A stretch of DNA of 64,000 bases. Source: Basidiobolus meristosporus CBS 931.73. Its lineage: Eukaryota > Fungi > Basidiobolomycota. The notes under the pieces are model-generated. The model was given only the letters and a program-made list of their open reading frames with translations, made no database searches and was not told the origin of the DNA. The stretch covers positions 1 to 64,000 of the forward strand of contig MCFE01000030.1 of the NCBI GenBank assembly GCA_002104905.1, read 5' to 3'. Shown piece after piece: positions 12,978 to 24,364 of this stretch (the stretch's first letter is position 1; each line of letters opens with the position of its first letter). A program made the position numbers and the translations under genes.

Positions 12978-14180
12978 ATGTCTGTTCAGAGTAAGGTCCT
13001 GAAAATAATAAATGGCCGCATCGTTCGCGATGGAAAAATCGTTGTTGGGGAGTACCTTTATGTCAAAGACGGAAAATTTATCGATGGGAAAAGCCACTTC
13101 TGGGAAGGCCGGTCTACTCCTGACTTGGTCCTCGACGCGAAAAACGCCATCATTGCTCCAGGATACATTGACATTCAGTTAAATGGCGCGGTCGGAGTCG
13201 ACTTCACTGCCGATTGCGACATGCTTGCCGAAGGCCTGGATAAGGTTTCGAAAGCAATTCTTAAATGGGGATGCACGGCCTACTGCCCTACTATCGTCAG
13301 TTCCCACCCAAACGTGTATTCTGAATCTATGCATCTGTTCGCCCCCCGGCAAGGGGACGTACGAAACGGAGCAGAAATCCTAGGCGCTCATCTGGAAGGC
13401 CCTTTCATATCACCATTGAAGTTTGGCGCCCATGATGTCGAAACCCTGCGCGTTTCACCCAACGGCTTGAGTGATTTCGAGTCTTGTTACAACTTCAAAC
13501 GCGGTGAGAAGAAAAATATCGCGCTGATTACTGTAGCTCCTGAGATGGAGGGCATCATGGAAACAATTCCCGAGCTTGTCGATGAAGATATTATCGTGAG
13601 TATTGGTCATTCAAGCGCCACCAGTGCCCAGGCAGAGAAGGCTATCGAAAATGGAGCTACCCTTGTGACACATATGTTCAATGCCATGCAACAATTCCAT
13701 CACCGTGATCCTGGAATCATCGGTGTATTGGGTAGTAGCAAGAAGAAGCCTTACTATGGTATTATATGTGATGGCATTCACTGTCACCCCAATTCTGTAA
13801 AGATTGCATATTCTTCGCATCCCGCTGGCGTAGTGCTAGTTACCGACGCGATGAGTGCGGCCGGACTTCCACCTGGTCAGTATTACTTGGGTAATATGAC
13901 TGTAGATAAGAGCGAAGATCGGGTATACATTCAAGGAACTACCATACTTGCCGGCTCAGTCATTACGATGGATCAGTGTGTCAAGAATTTCCGTAGCTTT
14001 ACTGGTTGTTCGATTGTCGAGGCAATCGAGGCAGCCACACTTCACCCAGCTCAGGCACTGAATATCACACACAAAAAGGGGACGTTTAATGCAGGTGCTG
14101 ACGCCGACATCCTTTTCCTTGATGACGAGCTCAATGTGGAACGAGTATTCGTTGCAGGAGAAGAGGTAGTGGCCAACTAA
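12978..14180 (+). CDS. DAC1: N-acetylglucosamine-6-phosphate deacetylase (NagA/AMDHD2 family), intronless
   Basis: 400 aa with PGYIDIQLNG, GAHLEGPF, THMFNAM, HHRDPG, CDGIHCHP, LVTDAM and LAGSVITMD motifs. Confidence 0.97.
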   Translation: MSVQSKVLKIINGRIVRDGKIVVGEYLYVKDGKFIDGKSHFWEGRSTPDLVLDAKNAIIAPGYIDIQLNGAVGVDFTADCDMLAEGLDKVSKAILKWGCTAYCPTIVSSHPNVYSESMHLFAPRQGDVRNGAEILGAHLEGPFISPLKFGAHDVETLRVSPNGLSDFESCYNFKRGEKKNIALITVAPEMEGIMETIPELVDEDIIVSIGHSSATSAQAEKAIENGATLVTHMFNAMQQFHHRDPGIIGVLGSSKKKPYYGIICDGIHCHPNSVKIAYSSHPAGVVLVTDAMSAAGLPPGQYYLGNMTVDKSEDRVYIQGTTILAGSVITMDQCVKNFRSFTGCSIVEAIEAATLHPAQALNITHKKGTFNAGADADILFLDDELNVERVFVAGEEVVAN

Positions 14181-15366
14181 ACCGTTGGCGCCCAACACAC
14201 ATACACACATTAGTACATAGTATGCTTTGGGGATAAAGTAATAACTCCATTCTTTAGTGTAATTATATTATGAGTTTTCCATTATTCAATAAAGTCAACA
14301 TCACGTATCTTATAGACACCTTTGCAAGTGGAAATTGCATGGATTCATTGGAATCAAGTATAGGCACCACAACAATAATTGACTTGGATGAGGCCCACTG
14401 AATTCGATTGCATTACGGACGGACATCTGGTCTCCACCAAAGAACGCACTCCCACTCTAACTTCACATGACACTCCGTGCATACAGGAGGGCTCTGATTG
14501 GTGTATCTCTCGGTATCCCGGAAACCACGGATACCATTGTGAAACTTCTATAGAAGTGATTATTCCGAATTTTACATCGAAACTACTATAAACAAACAAG
14601 ATTCTTGTTCAACCTTCCCATGTCTAGATTACACATGTGGGATTTGCTGCAATATCAATCATTCAAAATAGTCCCGTTGAAATATTCACCGAGTATTCAA
14701 TTTGTGGTGGACTTATTTGATGTTAATTCAGTGGAAAATAGTTATTGTTGTTAATTGTGTATTGTTGCCCAGAACTCGAGCTCTGGGTGCAAGAGGATTG
14801 ATAAATTTGGGCAGTCGTCTCGAGCATAAACCGAAAAAATATAGCTGGTGCGGGGTAATTTGAATGAACTGCCTTAACGGGCAACGCCAGATCAACTTCA
14901 TGTTATTCGCCAAATTTTCAGCCACATGAATGTTTCATCCACTCACATGCGCTGTGGCTTCACATATTGTATACTCGCCGAGTAGGTCCCCTCATCAGCT
15001 TTTTACAAGGGCTGCGATGTTTTGTTGCATTGCCATTCGCCCCCGAACAAATTAGACCTCGGACCACGCAACATACTGTGCGCATTTGCTCCTCTGTTGC
15101 GGGTGGCATTAAACAACCAAACGAAATTAATGATTTAGCACCGTATCAACCTCCTTCGCTACAAGGCAGCCCAAGTCAGTGTCAATGATCGCTAAGGGAT
15201 ATTATCGGGCAGGAACTTCCAGTTTTATTAACAATAAACAAGTCGTGTCCTTTGTAGTTGAAATATACATATACAAATAACGGTATCCTTTCTACTCAAC
15301 AAAATAAGGATGGTGAATTAATTACTTGTAACTACCAAACTTTGTATCTATAGAAGAGTAACATGC

Positions 15367-16239
15367 TTAAAGGCTCTTGGCTTGGAAGCTGGCGGCGTCG
15401 AAGTGCTTCACGGAGCCCTTGAGATCAATGTTCTCCTTGCCGATGAGTTGTTCGTGAACTTGTTCAATGGACTTGAAGTATTTGACAGTTTTGACGTGAA
15501 GTTCGTGGGTAGCATCTTCATCGCAAACAATCAAGGCCGAGCGGTGAAGTTGGATAGCAGAGACAGTCCACATGTGGTTAACACCTTCCTCGATACACTT
15601 GGCCAAAGCAACGGCCTTGGATTGTCCGGTAATGATGAGAACAATTTCACGGGCATCCATGACGGTAGCGACACCAACAGTCAAGGCAAGCTTGGGAACC
15701 TTGTTGACATCTCCATCGAAGAAGCGAGCGTTAGCAAGGATGGTCTCATAAGCCAAAGTCTTAACACGGGTACGAGAGTGAAGGGAAGATCCGGGTTCGT
15801 TGAAGGCAATATGGCCATCAGGGCCAATTCCACCAAGGAAGAGCTCAATTCCACCAACGGAGCGAATCTTCTCCTCATAACGCAAGCACTCGGATTCGAG
15901 ATCAGCGGCGTTACCATTCAAAATGTTAACGTTCTCAGGCTTGATATCGATGTGAGAGAAGAGGTGTCTCCACATGAATGAATGATAGCTTTCGGGGTGA
16001 TCTCTGGGAAGGCCAACGTATTCGTCCATGTTGAAGGAAATAACATGCTCGAAAGAAACCTCACCAGCCTTGTAAAACTCGACCAAACGCTTGTAAACTT
16101 GGATAGGAGAACCACCAGTAGGAAGGCCAATAACGAAGGGCTTTTCAGCAGATGGCTTGAATTCCAAGATACGACGCTTAATGTACTCAGCAATGTACTT
16201 GCTGACGTTATCAGAGTTATCGCGAATGACGAGTCTCAT
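15367..16239 (-). CDS. NAG1: Glucosamine-6-phosphate deaminase/isomerase (NagB/GNPDA), intronless CDS
   Basis: 290 aa with [34 protein letters not shown] and [12 protein letters not shown] motifs; strongly biased codon usage. Confidence 0.98.
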   Translation of the reverse strand: MRLVIRDNSDNVSKYIAEYIKRRILEFKPSAEKPFVIGLPTGGSPIQVYKRLVEFYKAGEVSFEHVISFNMDEYVGLPRDHPESYHSFMWRHLFSHIDIKPENVNILNGNAADLESECLRYEEKIRSVGGIELFLGGIGPDGHIAFNEPGSSLHSRTRVKTLAYETILANARFFDGDVNKVPKLALTVGVATVMDAREIVLIITGQSKAVALAKCIEEGVNHMWTVSAIQLHRSALIVCDEDATHELHVKTVKYFKSIEQVHEQLIGKENIDLKGSVKHFDAASFQAKSL

Positions 16240-16299
16240 GTTGATATACTTAGAACCAGAGAAGTGAAAGTAATTACTTCAGTGTTCGGCGACTTGAAC

Positions 16300-16307
16300 C
16301 TTTTATA
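16300..16307 (-). promoter_or_regulatory. TATA box of NAG1
   Basis: TATAAAAG on the - strand ~60 nt upstream of the ATG at 16239. Confidence 0.6.
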
Positions 16308-18081
16308 CATTCCGACGGAATCGCGAGCCTAACCCTCCAATGAGAAATCGTGTTCAATCAACACCTTTTTGAAATTATCGTAATTGTCCATTTACTAATT
16401 AATCCATTTTGAGAGGCTTCGTTTTTCCTAATTGAACCTCAACTTTTACTCCGACCATATCTATTCGACGAATCGGCCCACCTGGCCTTTGGACGCGGAA
16501 CAATGTTTTCAAGTGAGATTCTAGCTATGATATGGGTTATCTATCAGATTGTATGCTGAGACGAGCAAGTAGACCAAGCCTTCCCTCTCCTATGCCGCTC
16601 TGCATTAGACACTGCGACGAAGACTGAATTGACAGTAGGAAAGATGTGCAGGATTTGGACACGGCTCCTATGGTGGTTGGGGAAGGGATGCCATTTCCCG
16701 ATACCGACACTACAGTATGGCCACCATTCAAACTATGTATTCGATAGCTTGTTCAACCTCACAGATACTTTGTTTTGAAATGTGTCCGTCGGCAGTAGAG
16801 GTAACCTTCCATTCCTGGGGTGAGTTTTCCATTGCCGACAAATATAATGAAGAGGGGGAGGTGAGGTAATCAGGTTTGGATAGGAAAACTGTTGGTCATG
16901 TGAAAAAACTACTCAGCACTACTACCAACCCTGGATTGATCAATAATCCGAGGTAGCGAAAGGCATTCACAGGATGGCTATTTTGCCTGATTGTTATCAC
17001 CAAAACAAAGAGCAAGCACTCGAGTTAGAGCGGGCTTCCTCGGGTTGGGTGGAAAGGTGTATCCGAACTAGCCCATGGGTGAAGTAACAGTATCACCCGC
17101 ATTCAGTATATGAGGCAGATTAGTATCCTATTCCAGTTGCCCGGATACATGCTAGAGTTCAGCCATCGTAAGGTGAGAAGATCGGGTAACAGATATTGAC
17201 TTAGTTGGCTCATGTATTCTTGAATGCAGGTTGCCATCCAACCAGACGTGCCTCGACCTAGATACACCTTACCTGGAATGTTATTCCAAATATATTTGGA
17301 ATCTCTAAGATGTTCCAACTTGGCACGGGGAATTTTTAATTTAATTTTACATCTTCATACAATCTCGCACGTGCTGACGAAGATACCATAGGAAAGGGTA
17401 CACTAGTTGACTATTATGTTATTCCGGATATATGGGCGTTTGCTGTTCGATGAGTATCTGAGGTGTTGAAATGTTCGCTTTCTTTAACACTTGTAATACA
17501 AAGCAAGTTGAATCTGGTGTATCTACCATTCTTTATTTGTCTGGAAGTACCACTAGAGCCAATACTTCCCCTTATATACAGTTAATGGTTAGACAGGTAA
17601 TTCGTCAAGAATAACAGTGTACGGATGTTTAAGTGGTCACTAACTCGCAACAACTGTTTCTGTGATTCTATTGTAGGACTAGCACTTGATCAGCCGAGGG
17701 AATATGTCTATGAGTGTTGAAAGGTTTTCAGTACGCAGAAGGTTTTGTTTGGAGATACAGTTTTGATGGTTACCATTATTGACCCACCACATGCCATTTG
17801 AATTTTATAGCCACGGACATCATCCACTTACTAGTTGGTTGGGGCTCTCACGATATAGTTAGCTAGGTATGGGGCTTTATTGCTAGATATTAGAATGTCA
17901 TAGGTGGAATGCGTAAAGATTATATAAGGTTTGGGTGAGCATTCTGAAGATTGGATTAGGGCTTGGAAATGGTTTGGCGCAAAGTATATTTGTAGGTTTT
18001 TCAAGTGAACATACCCTATCAGAATGCCATATGTTTCAGCCTTTCAAAACGAAGATTAGGGTCCACAGTTAACCATAATGC

Positions 18082-18200
18082 TGCTGTGAGGATTTTGGAG
18101 ATATTGGAAGTGGTTGGGAGGACCATTGCATCATTTGAGTTCACTTTATGATTGATCGAATGCAAAAGTTGTTTTTATACCTTTACAAGGTCTCAACAAA
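18082..18200 (-). mobile_element. Degenerate partial copy of the same LTR family
   Basis: TGCTGTGAGGATTTTGGAGATATTGGAAGTGGTTGGGAG..GAATGCAAAAGTTGTTTTTATAC aligns to one end of copy B. Confidence 0.65.
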
Positions 18201-18528
18201 ACAAACAAAAGCTGTGAATAGCTAAATCTTGAAATTAGGAAAGTCCTGAAAGATATCTACACTCTCTAACTTGCCCAAAAGACTCCACACTCTGTGCATC
18301 TTCTTGTTAGAGCTTTCTTAAAGCATTCTGTTTCCTCAGAGTCTAAATATTGAATATGAGCTTAATAAAACAGCAATTGGAAATTATGCAATTCTTCTAG
18401 TTCTCCAAGCTAGCTAAGAAGCTTCACAGAATCTTGCATCAGTAAGTAAAGTAAATATGTATAAGCATTCTTGCCTTCTGTTGATAGATAGTAAGTAAAG
18501 TATAGCTACTAGCTTTCTGAGAAGTTAT

Positions 18529-19159
18529 TGTTTTCAGAGTTTTGGAGATATTGGAAGTGATTGGGAGAACAAGTAGATTATGAGGTATTCACTTGATAAT
18601 GTTGTAAAAATTCGTAATTCCACCTAAATATTCATCTAACTTAGTCACTTACATCATTACCTTCAAGTCCTAGAGAATACTGACCAAATTCCTTGTTGGG
18701 ATTTACTTGGAATATTTACCCAGAATATCAAAATTAGATAAGTTGTCCAAACAGCCCCAAACCTTGTACACATGTTCTTGGGACCTTCCTTGACCTATTC
18801 TACGTGTTTTTTATGCCAAGACCATGTAGAAGTATAAATACTACTTTTACATTCAATAAATCATTAAGTGAAAACCACATAATCTACTTGTTCTCCCAAT
18901 CACTTCCAATATCTCCAAGACTCTTACAACAGATAATTTATTGAATGTAAAAGTAGTATTTATACTTTTACATGATCTTGGCAAAAAAAAGCATGCAGAT
19001 TATGTTAAGGACAGCTTTGAGATACTTCATGTCCTGGTTACCTGATATTGTGGTGAAATATACCAACAAGGAATTTGGGCAGAATTCTCTAAGATTTGTA
19101 GACCATGATATGTGACCAAGCTAAGTGAATGCTTAGGTGTAATTATGAAATCTACAACA
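18529..19159 (-). mobile_element. Older solo LTR (host) interrupted by a nested LTR
   Basis: 18529-18599 (TGTTTTCAGAGTTTTGGAG..CACTTGATAA) joins 18932-19159 (GATAATTTATTGAATG..TCTACAACA) to rebuild a copy-B-like LTR. Confidence 0.85.
18600..18931 (+). mobile_element. Intact solo LTR (332 bp) with 5-bp TSD GATAA, Ty3/gypsy- or copia-type termini
   Basis: Runs TGTTGTAA..TTACAACA and is flanked by GATAA at 18595-18599 and 18932-18936. Contains TATAAATA and AATAAA. Confidence 0.92.
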
Positions 19160-20347
19160 TGCGTGAACTATTTTGAGGAATAGTTCAAAATATTACCTTA
19201 AACTCTAACCCATTTTCAGGATATGAATATGGTATGACATCACTATATATGATTTAGTTACTAAGCTATTGGTTAAAACATTACTTGATTTACTTGAGCG
19301 TCAATGTAACATATTGTATCCAGCTACATGTGTAAGGAAGTGGATTTTTGCCAAGTATTACTGTAATTAGTGACAATAAGAATAGCAAAAAGAGTAGAAG
19401 GCCATCGTGATATTTTGCAAACGGTTTTTTGGGGCCTCACACATCACAAGAGTTAAGGACAAACTACTTGGATTAGAAAAGTTGCCAGGATAAATAACCC
19501 ACATTTTCAACACATTCCACAATCATCCAAAATACAAAGTACAAGTGCATACATGACAAATCTATTTGGCGCTAAACATGAAGTGTTTTGGAATTGACAA
19601 TTATAAAATGGATTAGAGGTTTGTATGTGCTATCGGGAGTTGTTGGTCCACTTTGTAGACCATTGCCAACAAGCATCAAGGGATAGATGCAGTGTTCAGC
19701 AATGAAACACGATTCATGTAACGAATACCATCAAAGTATTCACAATCTTTATGTACTATCAGGCATTTAAAAGCAGATTCAACTGTGCAGAATAATTCCA
19801 AATCATCAAGCGTACCAATGCTTATCTGTGATCACTAAAAATAGAATAGTTACAGCACAGAGACCTCATATTGTCGATTAGTTGTTGTCAACAATACACA
19901 TCGAAACTGATTATCACGAAGGTCAGGTTTACTCCAAGTACATCTATTGCCTGACTGGTCTGGCGATGGCCATACTAAGATAAGACCTGCACCTATGAAA
20001 ATGGCTCAGCAATGGAGCGTAGCAAAGCAAATAGTGTGGGAGAATAGCTCTACTTATAGCTAGACAAGCTTGTATTGTAGAAAAAGCTTAGGTCATTTTA
20101 CATGGTATACCCAATGCCGCGACTCCACATGCACAACTTTGCTTCATCTCAGTCTACACGTACTAATGTTCAACCAAATTTATGAACTTACTCGGCCTTG
20201 GGTAGCAAAAAAAGCTGCTAGAATATTCTATGAAGTTTAAAATCAAACCACACAGATGCTCGAAGAGATGTATACTTTCGAGTATATTGATATCATAACA
20301 GTGATAATTTATTACTTATGCGTAGTGAAGATGATCAGAAGCTACCA

Positions 20348-20629
20348 TTAATGGTGCTCCTTATGCTCACCATGGCCGTGACCGTGAGCATCCCAGGGAT
20401 GTTGCAGACGCTATTAGTGAGGGAAATAAGGTTAAAATACGTGTTACAGTTGTTTCAAGATGTTGTATTGAATGAGGCCTACCAAAGTGACGAGACCATC
20501 TTGCTTAGCACGATACATCATGAAAAACCACATGGTAGCTCCAAGGAGTTTTGCGGTATATCTGTGGAAGCGACTGGCTTGAGGGGGGTTGAAAGCGCCC
20601 CAGTTACCGGAGGAATGAGCACCTGCCAT
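20348..20629 (-). CDS. NDUFB2: Complex I accessory subunit NDUFB2-like (2 coding exons)
   Basis: MAGAHSS..SRFHRYTAKLLGATMWFFMMYRAKQDG, then an intron, then RLQHPWDAHGHGHGEHKEHH*. The LGAxMWFFxMYRAKxDG..HPW signature is present. Confidence 0.85.
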
Positions 20630-20879
20630 GTCTGTATGTTTTGTTAGGGAGGATGTTTAGTGAACAAGGCTTCGTTTCTCAGCAAAACGATGTCTTTTAC
20701 CCAACTAATATGTAATATGAAGGTTGAGGAAATTTTAATTTTGAGGGGCCCCAGATTGTGATCATTATGGGGTGAAAATATTTCTTGGGGGAGATGATTT
20801 CTCGCTGGTATAGTCGCTGGCCATTCAAATTGGTCCTTGATATGGGTGAAAAACCCGTGTCAGCGATCGCTTCGATCAC

Positions 20880-21500
20880 AATTTCCCTGGCCATACTGGC
20901 ATTCAGGCTGCCTATATCCGTGAGTACTCCCTGACAAGGCTTACGGCAGTGGGGTCGTTCAATCAGCATTGGATTCTGCTAACTCCAACCACTTCGGCCT
21001 TACTTCCGTTGCCTGGGTTCCACATCGTCCCAACTCATACTTGATGCTTCAACAACCAGCTATATGCAAAACCCCAGGTCTCATTGCTAGAGTACCAGGC
21101 TGAGAAGACGGATCAGGCAGTCACACCTCCGCCAGTTGTTGAGTCACGTAGAAAGCTCTAATAGCCCTTCAGATCGCTGTTCATATAATAGCCATGGCCA
21201 TGGCCAGCATCCAAATCTTCAATTTATTATCATCCACGCCAGATCATGGATTATCGGCTATGCAGGTTTGTGACTGATCATTGCTGACTGTAGAAATAAT
21301 TTTGAATGGATTTGGGCATTTGATCGGTGGCTGTACTTAAACAAGCTTGCGATTTCAGGGTGTTGGCCAGCTCGCACCATGGTGGTGTTGATACACCCCA
21401 CGTTGGGCATGCCAATGCTGCATACAAACACGAAGTTCATGTTCCCAATCAAGCGATTTCCTCCCACCTGATTGGGCTCCTGATTCCTAGGATATATCCG
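20880..21500 (+). pseudogene. Possible degraded amidohydrolase_2-family (metal-dependent hydrolase/decarboxylase) pseudogene
   Basis: Fragments across frameshifts and stops: AAYIREYSPDKAYG, FNNQLYAKPQVSLL, HPNLQFIIIHA (21208-21240), VDTPH, and SHLIG/GS*F near 21460-21490. They occur in the order of the family motifs (P-x-L-x-x-I-x-x-H-x-GG, YxDT, FGSDxP). Confidence 0.35.
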
Positions 21501-21671
21501 CTATTCAGAGTAGTGCGAGGTTTAGCACTAACAGCAGTCAGCCAATAATGTACAACATCTCGGATATTACGAAGCGTAATGATATAAATAATGATGCTTG
21601 TGGGTTCACCTCTAGTCTGTTTTGGTATCTTCTCCTCAACTCTTCTGTAATTTCAAACAGACCAACTTAAA

Positions 21672-24364
21672 ATGACTGAAGCTTTCATCGGTTCAAGAGT
21701 CAGAGTTAGTTTGATAAACGGGCTTATTCTTGAGGGTTTTGTTTCGAACATTGACCAGCGGACCCAGTACTTGACTTTAGCCAGCGGTATCAATCCAGTT
21801 CTTTTTGAGTTGTGTTTTTCAGTTGATTAATCGTTTAAAATACAAAGTCTTGACAGTGTCCAGTGGGCTTCAGCAGCAGTTGCCAGCATTCGGAGTTGCA
21901 GCAACAGATATCTTGGACCTACAAATATTATCCACTGATGCTCATTTCATTCAAACTCAGTTAACTCTTCAACCGCAACTTCCGTTGCGGTCCAGCCCAC
22001 CTCTATATCAAAACCCAAATAAAATATCAGCAAACATGATACCAAATATGCACTCTTTACACCCCGCTGACCTTCCTCCCTCTAGTGGATCCCACTTCTC
22101 ACCCCAAATACTAAATGTCACCTTATCCACCATTCCTCTTCTCATAAATACTTCAAACGATATTCCTCAACAATGTGGAGTTACTAGTGGACCAAACTCG
22201 CAAAGCTTGCGGAATGCACAACAGACACCAGAAGGCACAGCTCCACTGTATCCAAATCCTCAAGATATTACTCAACCAAAGAGTTATTCAAAGCCAGAAA
22301 AAATCCCCTCACAACATTCCATTATGTCGCGAGGTCGTACCTCTAATATATCTGCTCAAGCCAGGCCTGTGCCTATAGATCCAGCAATCGTATCAGTAAG
22401 TGTCTTGCGTAGGCCTTAAAATCAATTCCAGCCTAAACTCAATTTCTGAAGATTTCACAATCTGGGGTGGCTTCTAGTACACATCCTCGCGGATCTGCGG
22501 AGCTATCGCCTGGGTATTTTTGCTATTCATGTTTAGTTTGAATAGTGACTAACGTATTATATTGAAGATCAAACTCCTCAAAGAGCGGCTTCTCGGTACA
22601 AGTGTGACTTGAGTAATACATGATTGTAGAGTTACTACTTACAGTCTATTTTGACGCAGGGATCTACTGCTTCTTCGTTTATTCCTTTATCCTTACTCAA
22701 ACCCTCGGTGGATGGTGCATCAGAAGTCTGCGAAGATTATGATAATATATGCTCCGAGCCTGAATGGCAAGTAATTGATCATTCAAGCAGCTTGGGTTCG
22801 GACCTGCGTCAGGTAGCTCAAGCTGTAGATAAAGAGCCTAGGTCGAGAGGAGAAGAGATCCCATTACCAGGTGCATGCATGTTGTTCGCTCCAATCTCCG
22901 TCATTTTTAGTGGCTGACTTTTGTATTCAGCATCTCAACAATTTAGGGATCCTCGTTCTTCCAATAAGAGCTCTTGCACATGGTCAACTGGTAATTTTAC
23001 CGATACCACAAGAGAATGTGATTATCAACAACGCCCACCGTCGACAGAGGTAAAAAAGGCGTTTACCGAAGCCAAAGTAAGGTTCATAGACCCTGGTCTA
23101 TCCCGAATTCCTTTTATAACAACATATATTCCCTGGACAGAAATTGGATTTCGCAGGCCGCCATAGACTGCATATTGATGCCAACCAAAAGCCTGGCTAT
23201 AATATTACTCATATCTCGCCTCAAGGTTATGGATTACTAAACAAGCGACTAGATACTTTCAAGAGACACAAGTATTATGAAGAGGAGTTAGATGAAGAAA
23301 ATGATACTCCGGATGAGTCGGATCTGGATGCTTGGGATGATAAGACGGATTCCACAGTAGTTATTCGCACACTCACCGGGATTATTTGCCCTTTTGTCAC
23401 GAGAGCCCAGATGAATGAGATAGAAAAAATTGCCAGTATGTATAACGAGTGTTGTGTTCTCTCGGAAGCTGAATTTATCTTATCCCGTCTAGTAAATGAA
23501 ACAGGTCCTTCTGAAGAACAAATCATTGAAAATGCGGGGAGAAGCGCTGCTGGCATGTGCTTAAAGGCATTAGGTTGGTGCCCTTTAGTTGGTCTAAATG
23601 GAATGTCTACTCACTCTCAGCGATCAGGTGGACCTCGTCGTATACAGCCAAACAATCATAATGATGCACCGTTAGTTATTGTCTTGGCCGGGAACACTAA
23701 AACTGGAGTGTATGGTCTCTGTGCTGCTAGGCATCTGGCCAACCATGGGTGTGAGGTGATCGTTTGCGTAACCGGTAAGGAGAAGGAAGTACTGAAAGGC
23801 ATTGCTGTTCAGTCGAAATATTTGAAGGCCACTGGTAGTATAGTCATTAGAAGCGCGGCAGGTAAAATGCAAATACTACGTGACGACAGCTTGAACCTTG
23901 GATTACTGACCTTTTTGAAATATCAAGAGCTTCCGGAGCCTTATACTACGCCTGTAGATTTAATCGTGGATGCGCTATTGGGATATCAACCTTCTACTAG
24001 AGACTTAGACCTGGACAATGATTTAGCGTTTATTGGAGATCTAATTGATTGGGCCAATGATAATAAGGCTCCCATTTTGTCACTGGACATGCCAAGTGGA
24101 TTCAAAGGTAGAGTTACCTAACCAATCTGTTGGATCGCCGCTAATGTAAACATTTTAGGGCAACCCAGTAGTGGCAATATTATCCATCCCAAGTGGACAC
24201 TGTGTTTGGGTGCACCTCGCTCTGGCCTAAGAGATCGTAGTATGACAGGGGAGATATTTCTGGCCGACATTGGTATCCCTCACATTCTATATAAAATGGC
24301 AGGAGTACATGGGTGGCAAATGCCTTGGGGTGCCGAGTATTTAGTTGGTTTAGAGTATTCTTAA
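21672..24364 (+). CDS. EDC3: EDC3-like enhancer of mRNA decapping (LSm domain + YjeF_N domain, multi-exon)
   Basis: N-terminal MTEAFIGSRVRVSLINGLILEGFVSNID (LSm) and C-terminal IIENAGR..LAGNTKTG..ARHLANHG..DLIVDALLG..LSLDMPSG..PWGAEYLVGLEYS*. Confidence 0.85.

Noticed and set aside
15283-15291. GTATCCTTT U12-type donor-like sequence (similar words at ~39190 and ~45410)
   Set aside because: All lie in intergenic DNA or on the non-coding strand. No U12-type intron was found in any gene.
15382-16332. Long + strand ORFs (199 and 116 aa) opposite NAG1
   Set aside because: Antisense shadows caused by strong codon bias in the real gene.
11300-19200. Repeated ~340-bp units considered as a CRISPR-like or satellite array
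   Set aside because: The copies are dispersed, long, in both orientations, with TG..CA ends and a TSD: LTRs, not repeat-spacer arrays.
19480-19720. Weak integrase/transposase-like words (FHNHP..; VFSNETRF) right of the nested LTR
   Set aside because: Too short and interrupted by stops to distinguish gypsy integrase from Tc1 or from chance; needs tBLASTx.
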